Shown here: positions 30,319 through 42,755 of the stretch, piece after piece
Numbering within the stretch: position 1 is the stretch's first letter
How the letters are laid out: every line of letters starts with the position of its first letter
Assembly (NCBI GenBank): GCA_963814375.1
Contig: CAWFCQ010000002.1
Coordinates: 176,017 to 240,016 of the forward strand
DNA length: 64,000 nucleotides
Reading direction: 5' to 3'
Origin: an uncultured Chloroflexia bacterium
Lineage (GTDB): Bacteria; Chloroflexota; Limnocylindria; QHBO01
Translations under genes and position numbers: made by a program
The notes under the pieces: model-generated
What the model saw: the letters and a program-made list of their open reading frames with translations, nothing else
Databases searched by the model: none
Told to the model about the DNA's origin: nothing

Positions 30319-31252
30319 TCAGCGCGTGGGTGGGCTGTCAGCGCCAGGCCGGCCTCGGCGCCGGAGGGTCCGCATGCCGCCGTGGAGCGGCGTGGGCAGC
30401 GCGGCGCGGCCGATCACCCCGTAACCGTCGAGGCGCAACGGCTGATGGCGAATCGCACGTGCCGCCAGGCGAACCGCCTCTCGCCGGCGTCCCGCTGCGC
30501 GGCTCGCACGGGCACTGCGGAGGTAGCCGTCGGCGAGGAACGCCCCGCCAACGCGATGGCGCCGAAAGGAGTCGCGGTGGCGCTCGTAGATCGCCTTGTG
30601 CGTGCGCCACGCGCTCTCGTCGAGCCGCGTCATCATCGAGGCGTGGCCGACCCGGTACTGGTAGAGCGGCTCGGCCACGTGGAGCGGGTGCAGGCCCGCC
30701 TCCATCGCGCTGATCCAGAAGTCGCGGTCCTCGTCACCTACGCGCAGGACGTCGTCCTCGCAGTAGCCACCGGCCGCCTCCCACAGCGAGCGGCGGTACG
30801 TCGCGCCGGGGCCGGGGATCCACTGATGACGCAGCAGGGTGGCGGGGTCGCTCCCGCCCCATGCGATGCGGCCATGTCGATCGCCGACGAGCTCGAAGTC
30901 GGTATAGACGCAGTTCACGCCATCGTCCTCGAAGTGAGGCAGGACTCGCTCGAGGTACTGCGGCTCGAGCATGTCGTCGCCGTCGAGGGTGACGATGAGG
31001 TCCGCCGACGCGCCGCGCACGCCGGTGTTCCGCGCGGCCGCGAGACCCCGGTTCTCCTCGTGGGTGACCGTGCGGATCCGTGGATCGCCGGCGAAGCCGG
31101 CGAGCGCGGCCGGCGGCATCGGTCGAGCCGTCGTCGACGACGATCGCTTCCCAGCCGGACATGGTCTGGGCAACGACGCTGTGGACGGCGTCGACGAGGA
31201 AGCCGACGTCTTCGAAGATCGGAATGATGATCGAGCAGATCGGTTCGATCAC
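30319..31252 (-). CDS. GT2 glycosyltransferase, paralog of neighbour (frameshift near 31115)
   Basis: IIIPIF, VVDDGSTD; NRGLAAARN, LDGDD, EDRDFW. Confidence 0.82.
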
Positions 31253-31355
31253 TTGCGGGGATTCTCCTTGCTCGGTAGGCAGTCGATCGGGCGGCGGCCG
31301 ACATCATGACCGGAATGCGCCCGCTCGTCATCCCGGCTTTCTGGATCGACTATGA

Positions 31356-34291
<2,936 letters not shown>

Positions 34292-34506
34292 CGATTGGGT
34301 CTGACCGTCTGACTGCACGCGAATCCAGGCCGGCAGAGCACCGACCGCGGCCATGACCGCTCCAGAGGTCGACCCGTTCAATCCCGCTCCCGCTCGCTCC
34401 ACGCATACCCGCCAGGGATCCCTGGATGGCGCGGCAGGAACGGCTCCCGAGAAGCTCATCGAGGTCCCTTCCACGATATGAAGCAGCGCTCGCAGGCGAG
34501 GCAGTC

Positions 34507-35982
34507 GTGAACGACGAAGCCCGACCACAGCAGCAGCGTCGCCGCTCCCGGCGACGCAACGACAACAACACCGCTCGCCGTCAGAACCGGGGTGGTGGCG
34601 GGTTCACGCCGCGCCGACGGAACGACTACGCGTCGGGGCAGTACTCGTCGATCTTCACGGGACCCTTCCCGACCGACGCCGACGAGGACGGCCTCAACCT
34701 GGCCGACCTCCAGGCCAAGTCGCTCGAGGAGCTCAAGGAGCTGGCGGCCGAGCACGACGTCACCGGCTACGACGAGCTCGAGCACTCCGACCTGGTTCTG
34801 AAGCTGCTCGACGTCGTTCCGCTTGCGCCGTCACAGCCGCGCGACAAGAACGGCCAGCCCGGTGCGGCCGAGGGAGTCCTCGAGATCGTGGACGAGGGCT
34901 TCGGCTTCCTCCGCGTCAACGGCGTCATGCCATCGGCGCAGGACATCTACGTCAGCTCCAGCCAGGTCCGCCGCTTCGGGCTGCGCACCGGAGACCGGGT
35001 CACCGGGCAGACGCGCCAGCCGAAGGACCAGGAGAAGTACTGGGGCCTGCTGCGCGTCGACACCGTCAACAACGTCGAGCCGGAGGTCGCCAAGCGCCGT
35101 CCGTCCTTCGACTCGCTGGTGCCGGTCTTCCCGGACGACATGTTCGACCTCGAGACCGACCAGAAGAACCTGACCCAGCGCCTCATCAACCTGATCAGCC
35201 CGATCGGCCTGGGGCAGCGAGGCCTGATCCTGTCGCCGGCCAAGGCCGGCAAGACGACCGTGCTCAAGCACATCGCCGCCGGGATCACCGAGAACAACCC
35301 CGATGCGCTCCTCATGGTCGCCCTCATCGGCGAGCGGCCGGAGGAGGTCACCGACATGCAGCGCAGCGTCGACGGCGAGATCTACTCCTCGACCTTCGAC
35401 GAGCCGACCGAGAACCACACCCGCGTGGCGGAGATGTGCCTCGAGATCGCCAAGCGCCAGGTCGAGACCGGTCGCGACGTCGTCATCCTGCTCGACTCGA
35501 TCACGCGCCTGGCGCGGGCCTACAACCTCGCGCTGCCCGCATCGGGCAAGACGCTGTCCGGCGGCGTCGACCCGGTCGCGCTCTACCCGCCGAAGCGCTT
35601 CTTCGGCGCCGCGCGGAACATCGAGGGCGGAGGCTCGCTCACGATCATCGCCACCTGCCTGGTCGACACCGGCAGCCGCATGGACGATGTGATCTACGAG
35701 GAGTTCAAGGGCACCGGCAACATGGAGCTGGCGCTCGATCGCAAGCTGAGCGAGAAGCGGATCTTCCCCGCCATCGACGTCCTGCGCTCCGGCACCCGGC
35801 GCGAGGAGCTGCTGCTCGACGAGAACGAGCTGCGAATGGTGTGGACGATGCGCCGCATGCTCAGCGCGCTCGGACCCAACGAGGGAATCGAGCTGCTCAT
35901 GCAGCGCCTTGGCAAGACGAAGGACAACGCCGAGTTCCTCGTCTCGCTGTCCAAGAGCGTCGAGGCCTCCGAGCGCTCGTAG
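34507..35982 (+). CDS. rho: Transcription termination factor Rho
   Basis: [62 protein letters not shown]. Confidence 0.97.
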   Translation: MNDEARPQQQRRRSRRRNDNNTARRQNRGGGGFTPRRRNDYASGQYSSIFTGPFPTDADEDGLNLADLQAKSLEELKELAAEHDVTGYDELEHSDLVLKLLDVVPLAPSQPRDKNGQPGAAEGVLEIVDEGFGFLRVNGVMPSAQDIYVSSSQVRRFGLRTGDRVTGQTRQPKDQEKYWGLLRVDTVNNVEPEVAKRRPSFDSLVPVFPDDMFDLETDQKNLTQRLINLISPIGLGQRGLILSPAKAGKTTVLKHIAAGITENNPDALLMVALIGERPEEVTDMQRSVDGEIYSSTFDEPTENHTRVAEMCLEIAKRQVETGRDVVILLDSITRLARAYNLALPASGKTLSGGVDPVALYPPKRFFGAARNIEGGGSLTIIATCLVDTGSRMDDVIYEEFKGTGNMELALDRKLSEKRIFPAIDVLRSGTRREELLLDENELRMVWTMRRMLSALGPNEGIELLMQRLGKTKDNAEFLVSLSKSVEASERS

Positions 35983-36094
35983 GGTGCCCCGGCGTCTCGG
36001 CTCGGTCCGTGACCGATGGATCGGTCATTCGGCGCGCACGGCGGCCATCCGGCGCGAATCGCCCAATAGATCGAGCGCCCGCGGCGTTTGGGCG

Positions 36095-37426
36095 GTGCTT
36101 CTCAGCCTCGTCCTCGTTGCCTGCGGTGCCGAGGCGGTCCCTTCGAGCCATACGCCGACTCCGACCGAAGCTCCCACGAGCTCGAGTGCCGCTGCGGAGC
36201 CCACCATCGGCGCCGTCGAGCCTGCACCCGGGTCGGAGAGCGTGCTGTACGCCCCGAACCCGGGGGCGATTGTCGTCGCCATCGATCCCGGGCACGGTGG
36301 CTGCCTCGACTGGGGCGTCCCGGATCCGTCCGAGCGCGGCGTCGAGTGGGCCGAGAAGACCCTCACGCTGGGCATCGCCGAGCGGCTGCGCGCGCTGCTC
36401 GAGGCCGATGGCATCGGCGTCGTGATGATGCGCGAGGGCGACGAGGCGCTCGCCGGCGACGACTATCCCGACCTCGGCTGCACCGGTCCGGACTGGCGCG
36501 ACGTCGACGGTGACGGGAATGCCGGCTTCGAGGAGACCGGCCGCATCCGGACCCGCGACGAGCTCCAGGCGCGCATCGATCGAGCGAACCTCGCCGGCGC
36601 CGATGCGTTCGTGAGCATCCACATCAACTCGCTGACGCAGGACGGGGTGGTGTACGAGCTGGCCGCCACCCAGACCTTCTTCGACGACGAGACGCCGTGG
36701 GGAGTCGACGCCAGCGGATCTCTCGCCGACGCGATCCAGGGCGGTGTCGTGGCCGCCATCGAGCCACTCGCGACGTACGACCGCGAGGACCGTGGCACCG
36801 AGGCCGTCGCCTACTACGCGATCAGCCGCACCTGGGCGGATGGCGACACCTGCGAGGTCGAGGGCGACGCGTTCTGCAAGCCGCAGCGCGGCCTCCTCAT
36901 GCCGTCCGTCCTGGCCGAAGTCGGTTCGATCACGCTGCGCGAGGAGCACGATCTCCTTGCCTCGCCCGCCGGTCAGGACGCCGTCGCGGCGGGGCTCTTC
37001 GACGGCCTCGCAGCACATTTTGCGCAGCGTGAGCTCGCTGCCCGCATCGGCCTGGCCGACGCTCCGGTCGGCGCGGCTCCGGCTGCCGTGCCCGGGGACG
37101 GGCCGCCGTTCTGGCCGCCGCCCATCGAGGATGGCACGCTTCGGCTGCGCCTCACGAACAGCGGGCAGGCACCATGGCCAGCCAGGATGCGGCTGCTCGC
37201 CGGCTGGGATGAAACGGAGAGCCCGTACCTCGTAGCGGCGCCGGTGCTGGAGCCGCTCGACGTCGAGGTTCCGGCGCTGGGCCCGGGCGAGTCCGTCGTG
37301 ATCGACGCGGCGCTTCCCCGTACGCCGTCCGAGCGTTCGGTGGCATGGATCTCGCTGGGGACAGACGGCGAGGCGCTCGCCGACAACGGGTCGGCGCCCC
37401 TCCAGGTCGCCAACCAGGCTCCCTGA
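36095..37426 (+). CDS. N-acetylmuramoyl-L-alanine amidase (Amidase_3) lipoprotein; start uncertain
   Basis: Lipobox LVAC, IDPGHGG, EKTLTL, FVSIHINS, PSVLAEVG. Confidence 0.85.
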   Translation: MLLSLVLVACGAEAVPSSHTPTPTEAPTSSSAAAEPTIGAVEPAPGSESVLYAPNPGAIVVAIDPGHGGCLDWGVPDPSERGVEWAEKTLTLGIAERLRALLEADGIGVVMMREGDEALAGDDYPDLGCTGPDWRDVDGDGNAGFEETGRIRTRDELQARIDRANLAGADAFVSIHINSLTQDGVVYELAATQTFFDDETPWGVDASGSLADAIQGGVVAAIEPLATYDREDRGTEAVAYYAISRTWADGDTCEVEGDAFCKPQRGLLMPSVLAEVGSITLREEHDLLASPAGQDAVAAGLFDGLAAHFAQRELAARIGLADAPVGAAPAAVPGDGPPFWPPPIEDGTLRLRLTNSGQAPWPARMRLLAGWDETESPYLVAAPVLEPLDVEVPALGPGESVVIDAALPRTPSERSVAWISLGTDGEALADNGSAPLQVANQAP

Positions 37427-37634
37427 ACCGAATACCACTCCACCATTCCCCACGATCCGTTGGTACTCCGCCCGACTGCACCTTTCCGGTTGTGCCACCT
37501 ATGCTCCGCTGCTACCATTCGGCGGGCGCGAGACTGCCATCGGCCATCAAGAGGAGCGATCATCTAGATCGGACCGACAGGGGCTCACGCAAGCAGCTTT
37601 GTACAGACCCGTTGTAGGCGGAGACGACTTCCTA

Positions 37635-38427
37635 TTGCCTGACCCGCGCCGGCTGACCCGCCGCATCACCGAGAGCGCCGTCCTGCCGCGGATCGTCGCG
37701 CATCTCTCTGTCGTCGCGATCGTCATCGCCGCTGTTGTCAGCGGCGTTTCCAGCGCGAACGGGCACGACGGGCATGGTCCCACCTCCGATCCGGGCTTCA
37801 TCTCGCTCATCAGCCAGGCGCGTGGCGCCGCGAACGCGAGCGATGAGCTGAGCACGAATGTCTACGACCTCGAGGCGCTCGGCGAGGAGCAGTCCGTGAT
37901 GCTCGATCGCGGCATGCGCGCGCAGCTCCCGGGCGAAGGAACGCCGCTTCCGACGCCGGTGCCGGTCGATCCGAATGCCACGCCGCTTGCGGCGCCGACG
38001 ACCAGCGGCGTCGGCTCGACGTACTCCTCGGGCGGGTCTTCCACCCGCGGCCCGGCTGTCGCGGCACCATATTCCCTCTTCTGGCCGGTGCCGGCCGGTG
38101 TCGATCAGCCAGTACTTCCATGCCGGTCACCTGGCGCTCGACATCGCCGCGCCATACGGCGCGCAGGTTTCCGCCGCGCAGTCCGGCGTCGTCTCGTGGG
38201 CGGGCTGGCGGAACAACGGCGGCGGGAACGTGATCGCCATCAACCACGGCAACGGGATGCAGACGGTCTACAACCACCTCGGCTCGATCTGGGTCTCGCC
38301 GGGCCAGTACGTGAGCGCCGGCCAGGGGATCGGCGGCGTCGGCTGCACCGGCATGTGCACCGGCCCGCACGTGCACTTCGAGGTCATCGTGAACGGGATC
38401 ATCGACAACCCGCTGCGGTACCTCTGA
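37635..38427 (+). CDS. M23 family peptidoglycan endopeptidase (frameshift near 38095)
   Basis: N-terminal TM; WPVP, then H.ALDIAA, YNHL, TGPHVHFEV, NPLRYL. Confidence 0.82.
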
Positions 38428-38482
38428 TCCCGGGTCCTGGCGTTTATACGTAGACATGCCTCGGCCGATAGGGACCCGCCCC

Positions 38483-39757
38483 ATGTCCGGCTTCGCTGAT
38501 CGCGCGCGCATCCTGGTCGTCGGCCGGTGCCGGCGGCGATGGCGCAAGCACCTTCCGTCGAGAGGCCCATGTGCCACGCGGCGGTCCCGACGGCGGTGAC
38601 GGGGGAAGCGGCGGCGACGTGATCCTTGTCGTCGAGCCCGGCATGACGACGCTGGGTGACTTCAAGCGCGCCGCCACGTCCGCGCCCTTCCCGGCGGAAA
38701 GGGGATGGGCCGCAAGGCGCACGGGCGCAGCGCCCCGGACGTCATCGTCCGAGTTCCGCCCGGCACGGTGGTGCGCAGTCATCCTGACGGCGCGTGGGTC
38801 GGCGAGCTGCTCGAGTCGGAGGCGCGACTCGTCGTCGCCCGCGGCGGTCGCGGCGGCCGTGGCAACGCTCGGTTCGCGACGCCGACCCATCGAGCGCCGA
38901 AGCACGCCGAGAAGGGCACGCCCGGCGAGGAGCGATGGGTCGAGCTCGAGCTCAAGCTCATCGCCGACATCGGCCTCGTCGGCGCCCCGAACGCAGGCAA
39001 GTCGACGCTGCTTGCGGCCCTCACCGAGGCCCGGCCGGAGGTGGGCGCCTACCCGTTTACGACGATCACCCCGAACCTCGGCGTCATCGCCCTCGACGAC
39101 GAAGGAGAGCGGACGGCCGTCATCGCCGACGTGCCGGGGCTGATCGAGGGCGCATCCGAGGGGCGTGGCCTGGGCCATCACTTCCTGCGCCACGTCGAGC
39201 GGACCCGCGTGATGGTCGGGGTCGTGGATGGCGCGGCGCGCGAGCCGCTGGCCGAGTGGGAGGCTGTCGCGGAGGAGCTTCGCCTCCATGACCCGGCGCT
39301 GATGGAACGGCCGATTACGCTCGTCGTCACCAAGCTCGACCTGGCGGAGGTCCACGACCGATGGCCCGAGCTGCGCAAGGCGCTGCCGGATGCGATCGGC
39401 GTCAGCGCCCACGACGGCACGGGACTCGACACCCTTCGCAGCCGCCTCGCCGATGCGATCGAGGCCGCCGATGCGCGCGCGGCGAGCGAGCCGACCGCTG
39501 CGGAGATGCTCATCCATCGCTATGACCCGCTGGCCGAGGGCTGGCAGGTCGTGGCCGAGGGCGCCGACCTGCGTGTTCGGGGACGGGGGATCGAGACCGC
39601 CGCGGCGCGCACCAACTTCGAGAACGACGAGTCACGCGATCGCTTCTGGCGGCTGATCGAGCGGCTCGGCATCGACGCGGAGCTGCGGCGACAGGGCGCT
39701 GGCCCGGGCACCACCGTGCTCATCGGCTCCAACGAGCTCGAGTGGGGCGACGAGTGA
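38483..39757 (+). CDS. obgE: GTPase ObgE/CgtA (two frameshifts near 38520 and 38680)
   Basis: [72 protein letters not shown]-terminal domain. Confidence 0.93.
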
Positions 39758-40419
39758 CCGAGACGGTGCTGGCAAGCCCCGGCGTGGTGCGGGACAGCTC
39801 GTCGCCGCGCCGTCGCCGTATCGGTATCCTCGGGGGGACGTTCGACCCGCCGCACGTCGGCCACCTCTGGCTCGCCACGCTGGCGGCGGACGCCATCGGC
39901 CTCGACCGCGTGCTCTTCATGCCGGCCGCGCAGCCGCCGCACAAGGGCGGCCGCCTCGTGACGAAAGCCTCGGACCGCCTCCTCATGACCCGCCTGGCGA
40001 TCGCCGGTGACGACCTGTTCGAGATCACCATCATCGAGATGGAGCGTCCCGGCCCGTCGTACACCATCGACTCGGTCGACGAGCTGCTGCGCACCTACGC
40101 CGCCGATGCGGGCCTCTACCTGATCATGTCGGCGGCATCGCTGGCCGAGATCGACACCTGGCGCGAGCCCGACGCGCTGCTCGAGCGCATCGAGTGGGTT
40201 GTCGGCCCGCGGCCGGGCGCGCCACCGCCGGATCGCTCGGTGCTGGAGGACCGCTTCGGCGCCGCCGCGCAGCGCATCCACATCCTCACCGGACCGGCCC
40301 TCGACGTGAGCTCGACCGAGATCCGCCGCCGGGTGGCGGCGGGCCACGCCATCCGCTACCTTGTGCCGCGCGGCATCGAGGAGCTCATCGTCGAACGCGG
40401 GCTCTACCGCCGCGGATGA
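39754..40419 (+). CDS. nadD: Nicotinate-nucleotide adenylyltransferase
   Basis: GILGGTFDPPHVGH, PPHK, SYTIDS, VSSTEIR. Confidence 0.93.
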   Translation: MTETVLASPGVVRDSSSPRRRRIGILGGTFDPPHVGHLWLATLAADAIGLDRVLFMPAAQPPHKGGRLVTKASDRLLMTRLAIAGDDLFEITIIEMERPGPSYTIDSVDELLRTYAADAGLYLIMSAASLAEIDTWREPDALLERIEWVVGPRPGAPPPDRSVLEDRFGAAAQRIHILTGPALDVSSTEIRRRVAAGHAIRYLVPRGIEELIVERGLYRRG

Positions 40420-40432
40420 AGGAAGTGCCGTC

Positions 40433-40807
40433 CTGACCGACCCGGACCGCGTCGAGGTGCCGACCGATGCCACGGAGCTGGCTCATCGGATCGTCGAGAT
40501 CGCGTCGGACAAGAAGGGCAATGACATCGTCCTGCTCCGCACCGCCGAGCTGACGACGATGGCCGACTTCTTCGTCATCTGCTCGGGTCGCAGCGATCGC
40601 CAGGTCCAGGCACTCGCCGGCGCGATCGTGGACGAGCTCCGCCGGGAGGGCGTCCGTCCGCTCGGGACCGAGGGGCGTCAGTCCGCGCGCTGGGTTCTGC
40701 TCGACTACGGCGCCGTCATCGTCCACGTCTTTGCTCCGGAGGAGCGCGAGTTCTACGGCCTCGAGCGCCTGTGGGGCAAGGCCGCCCAGGTCGTTCGCGT
40801 CGTGTAG
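40433..40807 (+). CDS. rsfS: Ribosome silencing factor
   Basis: DKKGNDI, ADFFVICSG.S.RQV, WVLLDYGAVIVHVF, REFYGLERLW; start possibly CTG. Confidence 0.93.
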   Translation: MTDPDRVEVPTDATELAHRIVEIASDKKGNDIVLLRTAELTTMADFFVICSGRSDRQVQALAGAIVDELRREGVRPLGTEGRQSARWVLLDYGAVIVHVFAPEEREFYGLERLWGKAAQVVRVV

Positions 40808-40897
40808 CGGATCGGGTCGTAAGTACTGCGATGCGTGGACGCGCATGGCCCATCGGTCCCATTGAGGAGGGGGCCTCGCAGCCGGATGCTGCCAGCC

Positions 40898-41176
40898 ATG
40901 ACCGCCCCGGCGCGACGAGCGCAACCGATCGAGACCTGCCGCTTCTGCAGCGGCTCGTTGCTGACGAGCGTGTACGACACCGTCTTCCGTGATGCCGAGG
41001 CCGATGAGCGACTCTTCTTCGCCATCCCCGGCGCGCTGTGCGTTCCGTGCCGCCAGCTCTACGTCGATCAGCAGCTGATCGGGATCCTGGGGCTCGACGG
41101 CGCACGCTGCACGTTCGCGATCGAGTCCGATCGCGTCCTCGCTGCCGGCCAGGCCGGCCAGGCTCCCGCCGCCTAG
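40898..41176 (+). CDS. Small CxxC...CxxC zinc-finger protein
   Basis: CRFC...CVPC; stop overlaps the convergent holA stop. Confidence 0.55.
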   Translation: MTAPARRAQPIETCRFCSGSLLTSVYDTVFRDAEADERLFFAIPGALCVPCRQLYVDQQLIGILGLDGARCTFAIESDRVLAAGQAGQAPAA

Positions 41177-42207
41177 GCCGATGCGCTCGCGCGCGGCGCG
41201 AGCAGGAACTCCCCCAGCCACGCGACCAGCGCCGGCTTCTCCTCCATCACGTTCGCCTTGATCGCCATGTCGGCCTCGAACAGGCCGATGAGCATCGCTT
41301 CCAGCTCCTCGCCGCGGTAGCGCTTCGCGGCGTCGACCAGGCGCTGGGCGACGTTCACGTTCCCACGCGCAACCCGCTTCGCGATCTCAGCCGGCGGCGT
41401 CTTCCGCGCCGCCAGGTCACGCGCCACGATGAGATCGCTCACCCGCCCAGACAGCGACGCGAGGATCCGCAGTCCGGGCTGCCCCTCGGCCAGCGCACGC
41501 TTCAATGCCTCCGCCGCTGCGGCGGGCTCACGCCGATCGACGGCGTTCGTGATGGCGAAGACCGATGCCGGCCGCGTGTCGGCGGTCAGCGCCTCGACGT
41601 CGTCGGCGGTGATCGGACGGTCGCCCGCGTAGGTCGCGAGCTTGGTCAGCTCCGAGTCAGCGATGCGGGTCATCTCGCCCCGTTCGACGTCCGTCTCCCA
41701 GATGGAGCCGCCGATGCGTTCTGCCAGCAGGTGGGCGGCTCGCACCTCGATCCTCGGCCCCGTCCGTGCGGCATGCGACGTGATCCAGCCGCGCAGCTCG
41801 CCGCGACGCGGCGCCGGATGCTCCTCGACGCGGCCTCCCCTCGCCTTCACCGCCTCCGCCAGGCGCTTCAACAGTGCCGGGGGCTTCGTGATGTCGCGTG
41901 ACGGACGCTCCTCGACCAGCGCCAGCGCCGATCCGTCGGGCAGGTCGTTCACGAGCGCGAGAAGCCGGTCGGCCGCTGCGGTCGAGCGGCCGGCACTCTT
42001 CAGAGGCTGGCGAAGAACGGTGAGGTGCGCGCCGAACATGCTCAGCGTCCCCGTCTCCAGCGTCGCGCGGTCGAGGGCGCCGTCCGGCGCGATGGCGGCG
42101 TTGATCTCCACGACGTCCGTTGCGTCGATCTCGGCTGCGAATTCGCGCGTGGCCACGTCAAGTCCGAAGCCGTCGTCGCCATGCAGGAGCACGAGCTGCG
42201 TGGTCAC
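41173..42207 (-). CDS. holA: DNA polymerase III delta subunit
   Basis: LLHGDD, ELTKLATY, IT..DVEAL, VFAITNA, D.AIK; conserved position after comEC. Confidence 0.85.
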   Translation of the reverse strand: MTTQLVLLHGDDGFGLDVATREFAAEIDATDVVEINAAIAPDGALDRATLETGTLSMFGAHLTVLRQPLKSAGRSTAAADRLLALVNDLPDGSALALVEERPSRDITKPPALLKRLAEAVKARGGRVEEHPAPRRGELRGWITSHAARTGPRIEVRAAHLLAERIGGSIWETDVERGEMTRIADSELTKLATYAGDRPITADDVEALTADTRPASVFAITNAVDRREPAAAAEALKRALAEGQPGLRILASLSGRVSDLIVARDLAARKTPPAEIAKRVARGNVNVAQRLVDAAKRYRGEELEAMLIGLFEADMAIKANVMEEKPALVAWLGEFLLAPRASASA

Positions 42208-42755
42208 GATCCGACCTCCCAGGCGGCGCGGAGGCGCTCGACGAGTTCGGGGATATCGATTCCGACCGCCTCCGCCAGCTGCGCCTCGAGGGCATGGGCA
42301 GGCCGTCGTGCCGCCTCGATCGAATCGGCGTGGTCGGGATGCCGCTGCCGCATGTCGTCCAGGCGCTCATCGACGGTCATGAACTCCTGGCTCACGTGCC
42401 GATCGGCTATCGCGACGAGGACCGAGGGCCAGCCGATGGGAAAGCGATCGTCGTCGAGGAGCGCGTTGATCGGATGGGAGGCGACCGGCATGGCGAGCTC
42501 ACCGTAGCCCATCGCCTCCAGGCGCCGGGCGCCGACGATGCCATGCACGCCGCCCGTTCGGCGGATCTCGACCTTGTCGATGTCGTGGAGCAGCGCCGCC
42601 GTCTCGACCAGGGCCCCGTCGATCGGGATCTGCGCCTCCGCCACGAGGCCGGCAGCAGCGACGGCCACGCGGGCCACGCCGGTGGAGTGGACGACGATCC
42701 CGGTCGGCATTCCGTCGAGCAGCTGCCGTGCGGTTGATCGGTCGGGGATGCCCAC
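42204..42755 (-). CDS. HD (HDIG) domain phosphohydrolase
   Basis: HS.GVA, ALLHDIDK, HG..GA, VASH, IAD. Confidence 0.85.
   Translation of the reverse strand: MGIPDRSTARQLLDGMPTGIVVHSTGVARVAVAAAGLVAEAQIPIDGALVETAALLHDIDKVEIRRTGGVHGIVGARRLEAMGYGELAMPVASHPINALLDDDRFPIGWPSVLVAIADRHVSQEFMTVDERLDDMRQRHPDHADSIEAARRPAHALEAQLAEAVGIDIPELVERLRAAWEVGS

Noticed and set aside
37500-37634. c-di-AMP (ydaO) or c-di-GMP riboswitch before M23
   Set aside because: Consensus elements were not recognisable by eye; kept only as an unexplained leader.
38483-38710. Programmed frameshifting or pseudogenisation of obgE
   Set aside because: No slippery heptamer, the gene is normally essential, and similar indels are scattered across the window, so sequencing error is more likely.
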